Source: an uncultured Prevotellaceae bacterium
GTDB lineage: Bacteria; Bacteroidota; Bacteroidia; Bacteroidales; Muribaculaceae
Length of the DNA: 64,000 nucleotides
Direction: 5' to 3'
NCBI GenBank assembly: GCA_900322135.1
Contig: ONYP01000034.1
Coordinates: 1,548 to 65,547, forward strand
Shown piece by piece: positions 1-10,273 of the stretch. The translations under genes and the position numbers were made by a program. The stretch's first letter is position 1. Each line of letters opens with the position of its first letter. The notes beneath the pieces were generated by a model. The model did no database searches. It was given only the letters and a program-made list of their open reading frames with translations, and had not been told where the DNA came from.

Positions 1-2247
1 GAAAGCATAGTCAAGATCCAGGCCAAGCAATGACTTGCGCTGCATGCTGAAAGTGGACTGGTTCTCAAGATCGACAGTAATGGGTGCACGTGAGTCGATG
101 ATACTCTGGTTGGTGATGGTAACGGTACCCATTGTATAATCAACCGTATAGTCTTGGTTCTCGGTCAACACCTCGGCACCGGCTTTAACGACCACCGAAC
201 CACGCGCCACATTGGTGGCGTTAAGTTTAATCACACTGCCTGAACTGGACTGATATTCACCAACGAGGACAAACTTATTCTTGTCACTGAACTGCTGGGC
301 GACAGTGAGTGTTGAGTCATAAAGCTCGGTGTAGATATAATTCTTGGCGATGGCATCGTCCTCAAACTTGGAACGCAGGTGTTCACCGAATGGCTCTGCA
401 ACGGGGAAAATAATCTTTCCCTTTCTAGGCTGAATAGTGAATCCCTCCAAATAGTCAAATTTACCATCAATGTTGCTTTGCTGGTTTTCATCCAAGCGGT
501 CGAGGTTGAGGACCTGCAGCAGAGGAGTTTCCTTGATTTTGCCTGCAGGAATATAAGTCAACTCATTACCAGTTGTATCGCTCAGGTACTTAATATTGAG
601 CTTGAAGTTGCTCCTCTGAATATCATAAGCGTCGAGGGAATAGACGTTCTTCATCGCCAAGTCCCACATCGGGAAATAAGGCGAAGAAGTGGTACCCTTC
701 AACATCTTGACATAGAGCGACTGGTCGGATGAAGTGATGTCACCCGAGAACTCACCCACCTGATAAGTTTCTCCACCATAGGTGTACTCATAGGCCACAG
801 CCAGGATTTCATCGCTTGACAACGCCGTGTTGAGCATGATGTATCCCAAGCTGGCATTCAGCGTATAATCAGCAGATGAAAGCAATCGTGCGCTCTCGAG
901 TTTCTCATAGTCCTTACCACCATCAAAATCATAATTGTTCTTCAAGGGTTCCAGAGCTGCGGTAGCATCTTTCATGTATCGTGCCCCAGGATAGGACTCC
1001 TTAATCTCACTCAACAGGTTATTGGAATTGTTGGACGGCATAAATGCTCCCGTCCCTTTCCAGTGAGGATTGCAGATGTTGCGTTCATCGCCCTCGCCCA
1101 CATCCATAAACGCCATGAGGTTGCGGGACTCGTTGTAGTTTCTGTTTTTATTGGTGACCCACACCTCGATGCGGGTGATGTGCATACCCGATGACACCAG
1201 CGGCAGTTTTGAGCACCAGGCGTCATAATTTTCACGGAAGAAATGAGAGAGGAAGAAGTTGCGGTTCTGGTCATACTTGTCGGCAGTGATATAGAACTCG
1301 TTGGTTTGAGAACCGCCCTTGGTATTCACCGACTGGGATTGACTGTTCTGTTGTGAAACGATTGCCGTCGCCGTCAGTTTACCGAACTGTAACTTGGTTT
1401 TCACACCGAACAAGGCGGCACTACCTCGAATCAACGACGAGCCTGTCGTCAAGCTCACGTTACCAGCCTCGATATTCTTGATGATTTCGTCCTCTTTGCC
1501 CTCATAAGCGAGTTTGAGATTCTCTCGGTCGAAACTAAAGGTTGCGCCCGTGTTGTAAGTCATGTTGAAGCGCATCTTATCACCCACGGTGGCATTAATA
1601 GTGGCCTGGATTGTCTGTTCAAAATCAAAGTAAGTCTTACGACGCTGGGAAAGTGACAGAGCAGGGTTATCGGTAAAATTGCTCTTCACACCCATCTTGA
1701 CAATAACCGAACCCGTCGTTTTCAACTGTACACCGCCAGGACCGAACACCGACTCAGCCGCTCCAAGGCCGAACTGCATATCCATGAAGTTGAACGGGTC
1801 TTTCTCCTGGCTCTGTGCGCTCTCGGCATTCTTCTGCCGGTAATACTCCATCATTGAGCGCCTGAAGTCCATATTACTGTACTCATCGGGCGACATGATG
1901 TAAGGGGTAACAATATCCTTGTCCCCTAAACGTGTATGAATCACATAACAACCAGTCTCGGGGTCGAACTCGACCTCGGAACTGATGTTGGAAGGCGTTT
2001 TCAAGTCGGCAGCATACTCACCCTTGTCGCTCACATCGTCATAACTCTTAGGAATGGTGGGCTTGACATCGAAGTGGAGATCAATGGGCGGTGTTTTCTG
2101 CTGGTTTAATGACGGACGTGTGTCAGGAGGCGGAGGAGGCGGAGGCAATGTGCTGGTCACATATTGCGCCAGCAATAAATTATTACCCGCCCACAGGCCA
2201 ATGAGGGCGCCAATAATGATTAAAAATATTTTTTTTCTTCTCAGCAT
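1..2247 (-). CDS. sprA: T9SS outer-membrane translocon SprA/Sov, 5' part (runs off the window start; not in ORF track)
   Basis: Manual translation from ATG at 2247: MLRRKKIFLII signal peptide, poly-Pro, then VFGPGGVQLKTTGS, FDFEQTIQATINATVGDK, KLAYEGKEDEIIKNIEAGNVSL, LFGVKTKLQFGKL and ITRIEVWVTN, motifs I recognise as SprA N-terminal. Confidence 0.9.
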   Translation of the reverse strand, partial: MLRRKKIFLIIIGALIGLWAGNNLLLAQYVTSTLPPPPPPPDTRPSLNQQKTPPIDLHFDVKPTIPKSYDDVSDKGEYAADLKTPSNISSEVEFDPETGCYVIHTRLGDKDIVTPYIMSPDEYSNMDFRRSMMEYYRQKNAESAQSQEKDPFNFMDMQFGLGAAESVFGPGGVQLKTTGSVIVKMGVKSNFTDNPALSLSQRRKTYFDFEQTIQATINATVGDKMRFNMTYNTGATFSFDRENLKLAYEGKEDEIIKNIEAGNVSLTTGSSLIRGSAALFGVKTKLQFGKLTATAIVSQQNSQSQSVNTKGGSQTNEFYITADKYDQNRNFFLSHFFRENYDAWCSKLPLVSSGMHITRIEVWVTNKNRNYNESRNLMAFMDVGEGDERNICNPHWKGTGAFMPSNNSNNLLSEIKESYPGARYMKDATAALEPLKNNYDFDGGKDYEKLESARLLSSADYTLNASLGYIMLNTALSSDEILAVAYEYTYGGETYQVGEFSGDITSSDQSLYVKMLKGTTSSPYFPMWDLAMKNVYSLDAYDIQRSNFKLNIKYLSDTTGNELTYIPAGKIKETPLLQVLNLDRLDENQQSNIDGKFDYLEGFTIQPRKGKIIFPVAEPFGEHLRSKFEDDAIAKNYIYTELYDSTLTVAQQFSDKNKFVLVGEYQSSSGSVIKLNATNVARGSVVVKAGAEVLTENQDYTVDYTMGTVTITNQSIIDSRAPITVDLENQSTFSMQRKSLLGLDLDYAF

Positions 2248-2297
2248 GAACAGTCACTAATCAATAAACTGCGCGTCGGTTCATCGGTCAATGTTTG

Positions 2298-2888
2298 TCA
2301 CATCATTTTGAGTGCCTGCTTGATAGCAGCTTCGACACTCAGCCCGGGATTGCTGGAAAACAGCGATTTAAGTGCCTTTTGTGATGCTTGTTGGGAAAAA
2401 CCCAACATGACAAGAGCAGCAAGTGCTTCGTCAAAGACTTCTCCGGCGGCTTGATTTGTTTGTATTAATAACGTATCACCTGTGGGTTTTATTTTATCTT
2501 TGAGGTCAACTATTATTCTTTGTGCTGTTTTTCCGCCCACACCCTTCACCGCCTTGAACATGGCGACATTGTTACCGGTAATGGCTTGAGAAAACTCGTC
2601 GACGGTCATCGACGACAGCACCATGCGCGCAATATTGGGTCCGACGCCTGAAACCGAGATGAGCAGGAGAAAGGCCTCACGCTCGCGTTTGGTGGCAAAT
2701 CCGAATAGTGTATGCGCATCTTCACGAATCACCTCATAGGCATACAGCATTGCCATATCCTGCCCCACCTTGGTCAAAGCGTCATAGGTGTTCAGTGAGA
2801 TATTCAACATATAGCCGATGCCGTGGTTATCGAGTACGACATAGGCAGGATTGAGTTCGGCAATAGCGCCTTTAATGTAATCTATCAT
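2298..2888 (-). CDS. ruvA: Holliday junction branch migration protein RuvA
   Basis: MIDYIKG start, IREDAHTLFGF, HhH motifs VSGVGP and VKGVGGKTAQRIIVDLKDK, C-terminal EALAALVMLGF. Confidence 0.97.
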   Translation of the reverse strand: MIDYIKGAIAELNPAYVVLDNHGIGYMLNISLNTYDALTKVGQDMAMLYAYEVIREDAHTLFGFATKREREAFLLLISVSGVGPNIARMVLSSMTVDEFSQAITGNNVAMFKAVKGVGGKTAQRIIVDLKDKIKPTGDTLLIQTNQAAGEVFDEALAALVMLGFSQQASQKALKSLFSSNPGLSVEAAIKQALKMM

Positions 2889-2889
2889 C

Positions 2890-5013
2890 TTACTTATTGA
2901 TTATCAATTGAATAACAGCATTCAAGTCGGACAGGGAAATTTCTAAGTCCTTATTCACGTCGGCCCGAATCATCGTGCCTGCATCAAATCTGGTTGTACC
3001 AGCCTGAATGACCTCGACAATGCGCATGATGTCAGCCACGGTGACCTCTCCATCGTCATTCACGTCGCCCGGCAACAGCGTTTGACTAGCCACATGATTC
3101 ACAGCAGCCCAGGCATCCAGTTTTCCATTGCCCCAGCGAGGCGCGTTATCATCGTTAATAAAGTCGTCCCTCATAGAGGTTGCCTGCAGCACTTGCCGCA
3201 CATCGGCAGCCGTCAAGGTCTTGTTGACCTGTAGCATCAATGCTATCGTTCCCGTCACCACGGGTGCAGACATAGAGGTGCCCATGTTGGCATAGTAAGG
3301 ATACTCTATACCGTCTACTACAGCAGGAGTGAGCCAATTCTCCCTACTGGATTTCTCATCATATCGATTGGCCGAAGACAGCACCACGAATCCGGGCGCA
3401 CAGACATCGGGACGAAGTTTACCGCATTCATCAGGCCCGAATGAGGAAAAGGATGCGATTTGTCCAGGATGACATTGGGGGTACGAGATTATACCTTCTT
3501 GCCAGTTCTCAAAAGTGTCGTGAGAGCAATAAGCCCCAACGGATATGACAGCGTCGGTAGTAGCCAAGTCACTGATGGAGCCGCTATTGGAGCCTCCCGT
3601 CACTCCTTCAAACCCATAGGTATAAAAGTATGCCTTTCTGGTACTCCATCCAGCCAAATCAACGTACTCGTCAGCCATATACTGCAGACCCAGCAGATAA
3701 TCCGTTTCCAACGCCTTGGCATCGAACATCCAGTAGGAATGGTACCTGTAACCAACAACTTCTTCGCCTGAAGCTGAGAACTGGGGTTCTTGAGCATTGG
3801 CGAACTGGATTTCACCCTCAAAAAAAGTGGCAAAGGCAGGATTGTCATCACTGGACAATGTGTACACACTATCCTCAGGCAACATTCCCATCACTGGAGA
3901 GGCATATAGCAGTTCACCTGTATTGCGATGGATGATGATTAGCCGTGAGCGGTGCACCTGACGGCTGTCACTCCACATGCTCACATAGCCCTGATGGCGG
4001 CTACTTGAGCCTCGGCGCAGCAATGTGGTCACCGTGTCGGCGGGTCCAGCGATTGAACTGTGGAAACAGATGGGATATTCACCATCATTGCCGGCTGAAA
4101 GCACACAGATGCGGCCTGGTCCAGAAAGCCGTTCAAAAACGCGGCATTGGGGTGATGTGCCATCGTTCGGTCCGCTATTGGTGCCAAGGCTCATATTGAT
4201 GACGCAAGGCTTCCCCACCCTGCGGGCATAGTCAAAGATGTAGTTGACAGAATTCACAACATTGACATCGGTGAGGGAATCGCCCGGAATTCCACAGGCC
4301 ACAATATCGGCCTCGGGTGCCATTCCTGACCAGGCATTACCCATATAGCTGCCGGCAGCAGTTCCCGTCGTGTGGGTGCCATGTGAGGAGAGCGTGTTAT
4401 CGGTCGTGAGTGTCGCTATCTGCGATGGTGTTTCATAGCAACTGCCAGGCAACGTGAAGCCGTCTATAACGGGACTAGTACCACTATAATCACAAGGGAG
4501 ATACACCGCTTTGATACGATTCTGCCCATTCTCATCCTTAAAATTGATGTGGTTATAGTCAATACCCGTATCAATCATGCCGACAATCACGCCACGCCCC
4601 TTGAGAGGGACCACCTGACCTACAGCCTCATGCACCCAATCGACATGGGACAACTGTGAAGCCATGTCGTTGCAGAAATGCAGCGGTTGAGCCAGGGAAA
4701 CACCGTTCACGCAATTCAGCCCCGAAACCTCATCAAGCGAAGCCACCGGGATGCCAGCACTCACCACGCCACCAAACAAACCATTGACCTCAACGCCATG
4801 CTGTTGCAATTGTTGAACAGCCGACTGGTCATTTATCGTGATAAAAGCCTGAATGCGCTCCATTCCGTTTTGTGGCATCTTGTGTCGGGCAGGAGCATGC
4901 AGATAACGCGAATATAAAACTTTGGATGGAGCACTCAACGACCCGTCAGCCCATCCCACAAGGGAAACGAGCAGAAGAACAAGAGACAATATCAGTCTAT
5001 CGAGTCTCACCAC
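2890..5013 (-). CDS. Secreted S8 subtilisin-like serine peptidase with C-terminal dockerin
   Basis: Signal peptide; catalytic triad MIDTG / HGTHT / GTSMS; oxyanion SAGNDG; C-terminal duplicated Ca-loop repeats GDVNDDGEVTVAD and ADVNKDLEISLSD. Confidence 0.9.
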   Translation of the reverse strand: MVRLDRLILSLVLLLVSLVGWADGSLSAPSKVLYSRYLHAPARHKMPQNGMERIQAFITINDQSAVQQLQQHGVEVNGLFGGVVSAGIPVASLDEVSGLNCVNGVSLAQPLHFCNDMASQLSHVDWVHEAVGQVVPLKGRGVIVGMIDTGIDYNHINFKDENGQNRIKAVYLPCDYSGTSPVIDGFTLPGSCYETPSQIATLTTDNTLSSHGTHTTGTAAGSYMGNAWSGMAPEADIVACGIPGDSLTDVNVVNSVNYIFDYARRVGKPCVINMSLGTNSGPNDGTSPQCRVFERLSGPGRICVLSAGNDGEYPICFHSSIAGPADTVTTLLRRGSSSRHQGYVSMWSDSRQVHRSRLIIIHRNTGELLYASPVMGMLPEDSVYTLSSDDNPAFATFFEGEIQFANAQEPQFSASGEEVVGYRYHSYWMFDAKALETDYLLGLQYMADEYVDLAGWSTRKAYFYTYGFEGVTGGSNSGSISDLATTDAVISVGAYCSHDTFENWQEGIISYPQCHPGQIASFSSFGPDECGKLRPDVCAPGFVVLSSANRYDEKSSRENWLTPAVVDGIEYPYYANMGTSMSAPVVTGTIALMLQVNKTLTAADVRQVLQATSMRDDFINDDNAPRWGNGKLDAWAAVNHVASQTLLPGDVNDDGEVTVADIMRIVEVIQAGTTRFDAGTMIRADVNKDLEISLSDLNAVIQLIINK

Positions 5014-5023
5014 AAGCGGCGTA

Positions 5024-7048
5024 TCAGTTATTCAAAATCAAGCTAAGGATAGTGTTGACGTCACTGATGCTGATTTCTCCATCATGGTTCACGTCGGCAC
5101 GTCGCATCGTCGCGTCATCAAAATGACCACCCAGAATAATCGAGATGACAATATTCATGTCATTGATGGTGATTTCACCGTCATGGTCCACGTCACCCTT
5201 CAACTCATCGGCACTGAGGACGTAACGCATGCCAGCATAGATGTCGAGTTTACCATAACCCCAGCGCTGTCGGTCACCATGGATAACGGGTGAATCCTTG
5301 TAACTGGAGTATTTGAGCACTTCACGCACATTGGCAGTACTCAGATTGGGGTTGGCCTGCATCCACAAGGCAATAGCTCCAGTCACTACAGGAGCCGACA
5401 TCGACGTGCCCAAGTCAGGACAATAAGGATACTCCTCACCGTCGACAAATGCCGGGGTCTGCCAATAAGCCAAGTTGGGCGCTTCGGTGTCAAAACGATT
5501 GGCTGAAGAAATGACAACACTACCGGGGGCACAAACGTCAGGACGGTTAATACCATTCTCGTCAGGGCCATAGGAAGAATAATATGAAATTTCAACAGGA
5601 GTACTCCTTGGACGGAAGTAGATAGTACCATCACGCAGCGGAACAGTCTGCCTAGTGTTATAAGAGCCGACCGAGATAATGCTATCGCAAGTCGCCAAAT
5701 CGTTGATGGAGCCATTAGGGGTACCTTTAGCCGCCCAAGAAAAACCGTAATTATTGAAATAGGCATACTGTGAAGTCCAGACGACCAAATCGGTAGTCAG
5801 GGGTGAGTAATACTGGATTCCCAACACATAGTTGGAAGAACGGGTTCTCATATTCAATTCACACAAGGAACTGGGACGGCCGTTGAACTCAATCACGCCC
5901 TGAACCGTAACCGAGCCGACACAGTATTTTGCCAGGTCGGGGTCATCATCGGTCGTGAACACATCATAAACACCTGACAGGGTGGCACCCAAAGCACGCG
6001 AACGGTAGAGAATGGCACCCGTGCGACTATTCGCAACAATGAAACGAGTGTTAAAAGGTTTGTCCTTATTGCTCCAAGCATTCACATAGCCAGAATACTC
6101 ATTGCCGCCACCATAACCTCTCAACAGAGTCACAACAGTATCTTCCTTGCTCTTAATGCTACTGTGCACGCACACGGGTTCGCTGCCATCATTACCAGCC
6201 GAGACAACAAACACACGTCCTGGACCGGAATACTGATTGAACACACGGCACAAGTAAGACGAGCCGTCATGGGCACCCACATTACTGCCCAGACTGATGT
6301 TGATGACACAAGGCTTGCCCATGCGACTGGCATAGTCATTGATGTAGCTGATGCAGTTGGCAACACGCACATCGGTCAGGTCACCCTCCGGCATGCCACA
6401 TAGCACAAGGTCGGCATCAGGAGCGATACCATACCACCCATTGCCACGGTAACTGCCCGCAGCAATGCCTGCAGTCTGTGTACCATGGGTAGTATTGCGG
6501 TCATCTGTCGTCAGCGACATAATCTGTGACGGGGTCTCGTAGCAACTACCAGGCAAGAGGCGGTGATTGACCACCGGTTGGGAACCCGTTTTGTCGAGCG
6601 GCATATACACCGCCTTCACGCGGGTATTGCCATTCTCGTCACACAGGTTGATGTGGTTGAAGTCAAAACCGCAGTCAATGACCCCGACAATGACACCCTG
6701 ACCAGTATAAGCCTGAGGCAAGGTAGCCCCCGAATGCACATTGCCGACACGTGAGAAGTACCTGACGCTGTCACTGCAAGTCAAGAGGGTCAAAGCCTTA
6801 GAGACGTGGTCCACACCAGGTATAGCCTTAACGGTCTGAATCGAAACATCATCCCTGATTTGAACCGTATAGAATCCGTCATACTTTGCCGTAATGACAA
6901 CTCCAGCAGCTTCAAGCATATAATCCTTGAGTTCACTATTCACATCGATGAATGCCTCATAGTACCCACCACCCGCTGAGGGCGTAGCGGTAGACACAAT
7001 AGAACTCATCAAGGCAATTGCCACAAACAAATAAAACAATCTTTTCAT
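5024..7048 (-). CDS. Secreted S8 subtilisin-like serine peptidase with C-terminal dockerin (tandem paralog)
   Basis: Signal peptide; triad VIDCG / HGTQT / GTSMS; dockerin repeats GDVDHDGEITIND and ADVNHDGEISISD; colinear with 2890-5013 (shared LPGSCYETPSQI, RPDVCAPG). Confidence 0.9.
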   Translation of the reverse strand: MKRLFYLFVAIALMSSIVSTATPSAGGGYYEAFIDVNSELKDYMLEAAGVVITAKYDGFYTVQIRDDVSIQTVKAIPGVDHVSKALTLLTCSDSVRYFSRVGNVHSGATLPQAYTGQGVIVGVIDCGFDFNHINLCDENGNTRVKAVYMPLDKTGSQPVVNHRLLPGSCYETPSQIMSLTTDDRNTTHGTQTAGIAAGSYRGNGWYGIAPDADLVLCGMPEGDLTDVRVANCISYINDYASRMGKPCVINISLGSNVGAHDGSSYLCRVFNQYSGPGRVFVVSAGNDGSEPVCVHSSIKSKEDTVVTLLRGYGGGNEYSGYVNAWSNKDKPFNTRFIVANSRTGAILYRSRALGATLSGVYDVFTTDDDPDLAKYCVGSVTVQGVIEFNGRPSSLCELNMRTRSSNYVLGIQYYSPLTTDLVVWTSQYAYFNNYGFSWAAKGTPNGSINDLATCDSIISVGSYNTRQTVPLRDGTIYFRPRSTPVEISYYSSYGPDENGINRPDVCAPGSVVISSANRFDTEAPNLAYWQTPAFVDGEEYPYCPDLGTSMSAPVVTGAIALWMQANPNLSTANVREVLKYSSYKDSPVIHGDRQRWGYGKLDIYAGMRYVLSADELKGDVDHDGEITINDMNIVISIILGGHFDDATMRRADVNHDGEISISDVNTILSLILNN

Positions 7049-7084
7049 TATAGTTATACCATACTTAAATCACATTTCAAGCTA

Positions 7085-7092
7085 CAAAAGTA
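7085..7092 (-). promoter_or_regulatory. Bacteroidetes sigma-A -7 element (TACTTTTG) for the S8-S8-ruvA-sprA unit
   Basis: Matches TAnnTTTG, 36 nt upstream of the 7048 ATG. Confidence 0.6.
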
Positions 7093-7193
7093 ATACTTTT
7101 TTTCACAGCAATTTACACATTATTTAAAAAAAAGCGCCATGGCGATGCCGCATTCCATCACCGGCAATTCGACTAGCATCAGACAGTCTATGC

Positions 7194-7230
7194 AAAAAAC
7201 AGGAAGACGAGCCTTTACAGACCCGTCTTC
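7194..7230 (-). terminator. Intrinsic terminator after the TPR gene
   Basis: GAAGACG/CGTCTTC stem followed by a T-tract on the minus strand. Confidence 0.6.
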
Positions 7231-7257
7231 AGTGATTATTACGATTGGAATAATTGC

Positions 7258-8883
7258 TTATTTCAAGCTCTCGACATACTTGCGCAGTGATTCATTATCA
7301 GGATCATACTTAAGCCATTTCTGGTAGTAGTCCTTTGCAGTTGCCTTGTCGCCCTTGGTGAAGTAGTAAGTTGCCAGATAGTTGTAGGCATACTTGTAGT
7401 AGCGAGCATAGTCGGCGGGGTTGTCCTTCTTATCCAGGATGGAGAGCAGTTCATTGTAAGCAGCCAGAGCAGCGCCATTGTTGGTGTCTCCCTCACGGAA
7501 CTTGGCAATCTTAGCCTTCTGGTTAACAATCTGTACATTTTCGGGAACCAGCTTGTCAACCTCGTCGATGTACTTCTGTGACTTAGCTATAGCATCAGCC
7601 TTGGTAGCCTCATCGATGTCCGGAGTGCTGGCAACGCCCAGATAGTAGTTCGACAGCGTGAAGAGGTCATTCGACTTGTTATTGCCAGTGTCAACCAGAC
7701 GCTGATAGTACTCGGCAGCCTTCACAAAGTTCTCGGCATCGGCATAGCTGTCACCCATGTAGCGGATCAACTCAGTGTTGCTGGGGTTGATTTCCAGGGC
7801 CTTCTCAAAAGCTGCGATAGCCTCAACGGGCATCTGCGCCTTCTGCAGAGCCTGACCGTAATCGGTGTAATCGCGAGACTCATAAGTTGAGCCCTTGGGG
7901 AGCACATTGGCAAAGAACGACTTACCTGCCTCGACGGCTTCGGGCCACTTCTCGAGCTGCACCAGGTTGTAGAGCTGCATACGCTTCATGTAGAACACAT
8001 TGTCATCACTGGGGCTGAGCCTGTTGACGAGCTGTGTTGCCAAATCGTAAGACTCCTGGTATTTCTCGCCGAAGAACAAGAGCTGTACATAGCGTACCTC
8101 ATCCTGAGCAAAGTGGTTGGGGTTCTTGATGTACTTGCCGTACTGCTCGGCTGCCTTGGCACCCAGGTTGTCGGCATAGTACTTCTCAGCAAGTTCGCGC
8201 TGAACGAGAGCCGAGTTGGGCACTCTGGCCTGGAGTTCCTCGAGACGCTCGATAGCAACAGCGGGCACCACATTGAAGTAGGTGTTGGCATATTTCACAT
8301 AGGCCTCGATATTCTTGGGATCCTTGCCAAAGGCCAGCTCATAGATACCGGCTGCGTTGCCCCAGTCCATCTTGTCGGCCTTGGTGTCGGCCTCAAAGAT
8401 GTAGCTGTCGGGGTGATCAGGATTCCACTTGCGGGCATTCTTGATGCATTTCTCAATATCCTTGGCATAGGTAGTGGGATTTGCATCATAGTAGGCACGA
8501 GCAATTTCGATCTCCAGTTTGGGGTCCTTCTTGGACAACTTGCGTGCCTTCTCGAACAGAGCCTTGGCTTCGCCACCGTTGCGCAGCGCGATTGCAGCCT
8601 GTCCCACATAGTTGTAGGGATTGTCTGCATTGGCAGCGATACCTTTCTCAAAGTTGGCTGCAGCCTCGCTAACCTTTCCCTGGTGCAGAGCGATCTGGCC
8701 CAGGTAGTAGTAAGATTCAGCCTTGTCGGTGGTGGCAGCGTTGAGGTTGCGGTCAAGCAGTTCCTTAGCGTTGTCCAGCCTGTCAACTTTGTAGTACTCA
8801 ATACCGTCTTTGTAACCCTGTGCGCTGGTTACCAGCGATGCACCCATCAGGAAGAGTGATGCAAATAAGAATTTAGTTTTCAT
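7258..8883 (-). CDS. Periplasmic/secreted tetratricopeptide-repeat protein
   Basis: Signal peptide MKTKFLFASLFLMGASLVTSA; many TPR-like helices (YYYLGQIAL, AIAAFEKALEINP, AKDYYQKWLKYDPDN). Confidence 0.85.
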   Translation of the reverse strand: MKTKFLFASLFLMGASLVTSAQGYKDGIEYYKVDRLDNAKELLDRNLNAATTDKAESYYYLGQIALHQGKVSEAAANFEKGIAANADNPYNYVGQAAIALRNGGEAKALFEKARKLSKKDPKLEIEIARAYYDANPTTYAKDIEKCIKNARKWNPDHPDSYIFEADTKADKMDWGNAAGIYELAFGKDPKNIEAYVKYANTYFNVVPAVAIERLEELQARVPNSALVQRELAEKYYADNLGAKAAEQYGKYIKNPNHFAQDEVRYVQLLFFGEKYQESYDLATQLVNRLSPSDDNVFYMKRMQLYNLVQLEKWPEAVEAGKSFFANVLPKGSTYESRDYTDYGQALQKAQMPVEAIAAFEKALEINPSNTELIRYMGDSYADAENFVKAAEYYQRLVDTGNNKSNDLFTLSNYYLGVASTPDIDEATKADAIAKSQKYIDEVDKLVPENVQIVNQKAKIAKFREGDTNNGAALAAYNELLSILDKKDNPADYARYYKYAYNYLATYYFTKGDKATAKDYYQKWLKYDPDNESLRKYVESLK

Positions 8884-8996
8884 TGCAGTAACAATTAGAT
8901 GTTAATATTTGATGTTTCGTTTCTGATTTTCAGTTTTTAGCCCCATGGCTTTAGACTTTGCAATCTAAATGGCAAATTCCGTGCCAAGTTGTCAAC

Positions 8997-9983
8997 TCAC
9001 TCAACTTCAACATATCTAACGGGCTCTGCAGCGGGCAAGATACCGGTCTGCAGAATGATTTTCTGCCCAATAACGCCAGTGAGGAAGGTAAAGAAGCCGT
9101 GATCGAGAGAGCCCAGGTAGGCGGCATCAATGGCCCAGATAGTGCGCACCAAGGGATAATCTCCGCTATTGATGTGCGCTTGATAGGGTTTGAAGGCCTC
9201 GAGTTTATCGTCTTCCCTGACTGGCATCACCTTGATGCGGTCGGTAAAGTTGATGAGACTGACCTCATTGTTATTTATTAATTCTTCATACTTCTCGTCA
9301 ATAGGTTTCTCCAGGCTCTTGAGATCGCTGGTAATCCAGCTCACGCCGATGAAGCCAATGAGATTCTTGTGTTTCTCGACAGCCTCAAAGACATCGGTGC
9401 TGTTAGTCTTGGCATACACATTGGAGCCGAAAGAAGCACCCTTGAGGAATTTTTCCTTCATATAGTGCACCACGCCGCTACCCGAACCGTCGAACATGAC
9501 TTTGATGGAATCATTCTTGAGCTTGGTGGGAAATACCTCTCCCCAACGCTTCACCTTACCGGTAAAGATGTCAGACAGGTCCTCCATGGTAAGCTCTTCG
9601 ATATCGTTCTGCTTGTTGACGATAATGGCAATGGCATCAACAGCAATCATTCTAGAACGGTAAGCCCTACTCTGCAGTTTCAGCAGTTTGCGCTGGTTGT
9701 CGGTGAGGTCATGCGATACTATAATCAGGTCGACCTTCTCTTGAAGAAGCGAGTCGAGGGCATCGTGCTCGTTGATATACTCGGGCACAATGCTTGCCTC
9801 GGGGTATTGGTATTCAAACACGGCTATTTCCTGCTCGAGCACGCTCTGGAATGACTCGTCGCTCAATATCCTTGCAACGCCGCGAGTACTTGTACTCTTG
9901 GGCTGCTGGTTTTTACCACAGCCGGTCATGGCGAGTAGCGACACAACCAGTGTGGCAATCAATATGAGATCAGTTTTCTTCAT
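8997..9983 (-). CDS. PstS-like substrate-binding lipoprotein (PBP domain)
   Basis: Lipobox MTGC; DESFQSVLEQEIAVFE, IAVDAIAIIVNKQN, GDYPLVRTIW, GQKIILQTGILPA, typical of the Bacteroidetes PstS-family gene beside a TPR gene. Confidence 0.8.
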   Translation of the reverse strand: MKKTDLILIATLVVSLLAMTGCGKNQQPKSTSTRGVARILSDESFQSVLEQEIAVFEYQYPEASIVPEYINEHDALDSLLQEKVDLIIVSHDLTDNQRKLLKLQSRAYRSRMIAVDAIAIIVNKQNDIEELTMEDLSDIFTGKVKRWGEVFPTKLKNDSIKVMFDGSGSGVVHYMKEKFLKGASFGSNVYAKTNSTDVFEAVEKHKNLIGFIGVSWITSDLKSLEKPIDEKYEELINNNEVSLINFTDRIKVMPVREDDKLEAFKPYQAHINSGDYPLVRTIWAIDAAYLGSLDHGFFTFLTGVIGQKIILQTGILPAAEPVRYVEVE

Positions 9984-9994
9984 TTCTAGTACTA

Positions 9995-10273
9995 TTAGTC
10001 GTCGTCACGGTGCATGCCATAGGTGTGATGTCCCTTAATCTCGCGGTAAGCCCTGTAGATGCCATAGGCTGCCAGAATAGTGGCAAACAACCACCTGACC
10101 ATTGTCCATGTGGTCGTGCCCGGCCACCAGTGATAGTAGTTAGTAGCCACCAGGACAGCCATCCCAAGGTAGACCAGAACCATGAAGAAGCCGAAGAACA
10201 ACTTCAGCGCTTGGACTGGCCCTATATGTTTGTTATCTTTCATCATCAATGCCAATTTATGTCGGTTTGCCAT
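9995..10273 (-). CDS. Small two-TM membrane protein
   Basis: FGFFMVLVYLGMAVL and WLFATILAAYGIYRAYR hydrophobic segments; 11 nt from the pstS-like start; start codon uncertain. Confidence 0.7.
   Translation of the reverse strand: MANRHKLALMMKDNKHIGPVQALKLFFGFFMVLVYLGMAVLVATNYYHWWPGTTTWTMVRWLFATILAAYGIYRAYREIKGHHTYGMHRDDD

Noticed and set aside
231-2260. Short ORFs in the track over 231-2260
   Set aside because: They are shadows of the long minus-strand sprA frame, which the track omits because it has no stop inside the window
2890-7048. A cellulosome
   Set aside because: The dockerins are on proteases and a small Cys protein; no cohesin, scaffoldin or dockerin-bearing glycoside hydrolase is visible in this window
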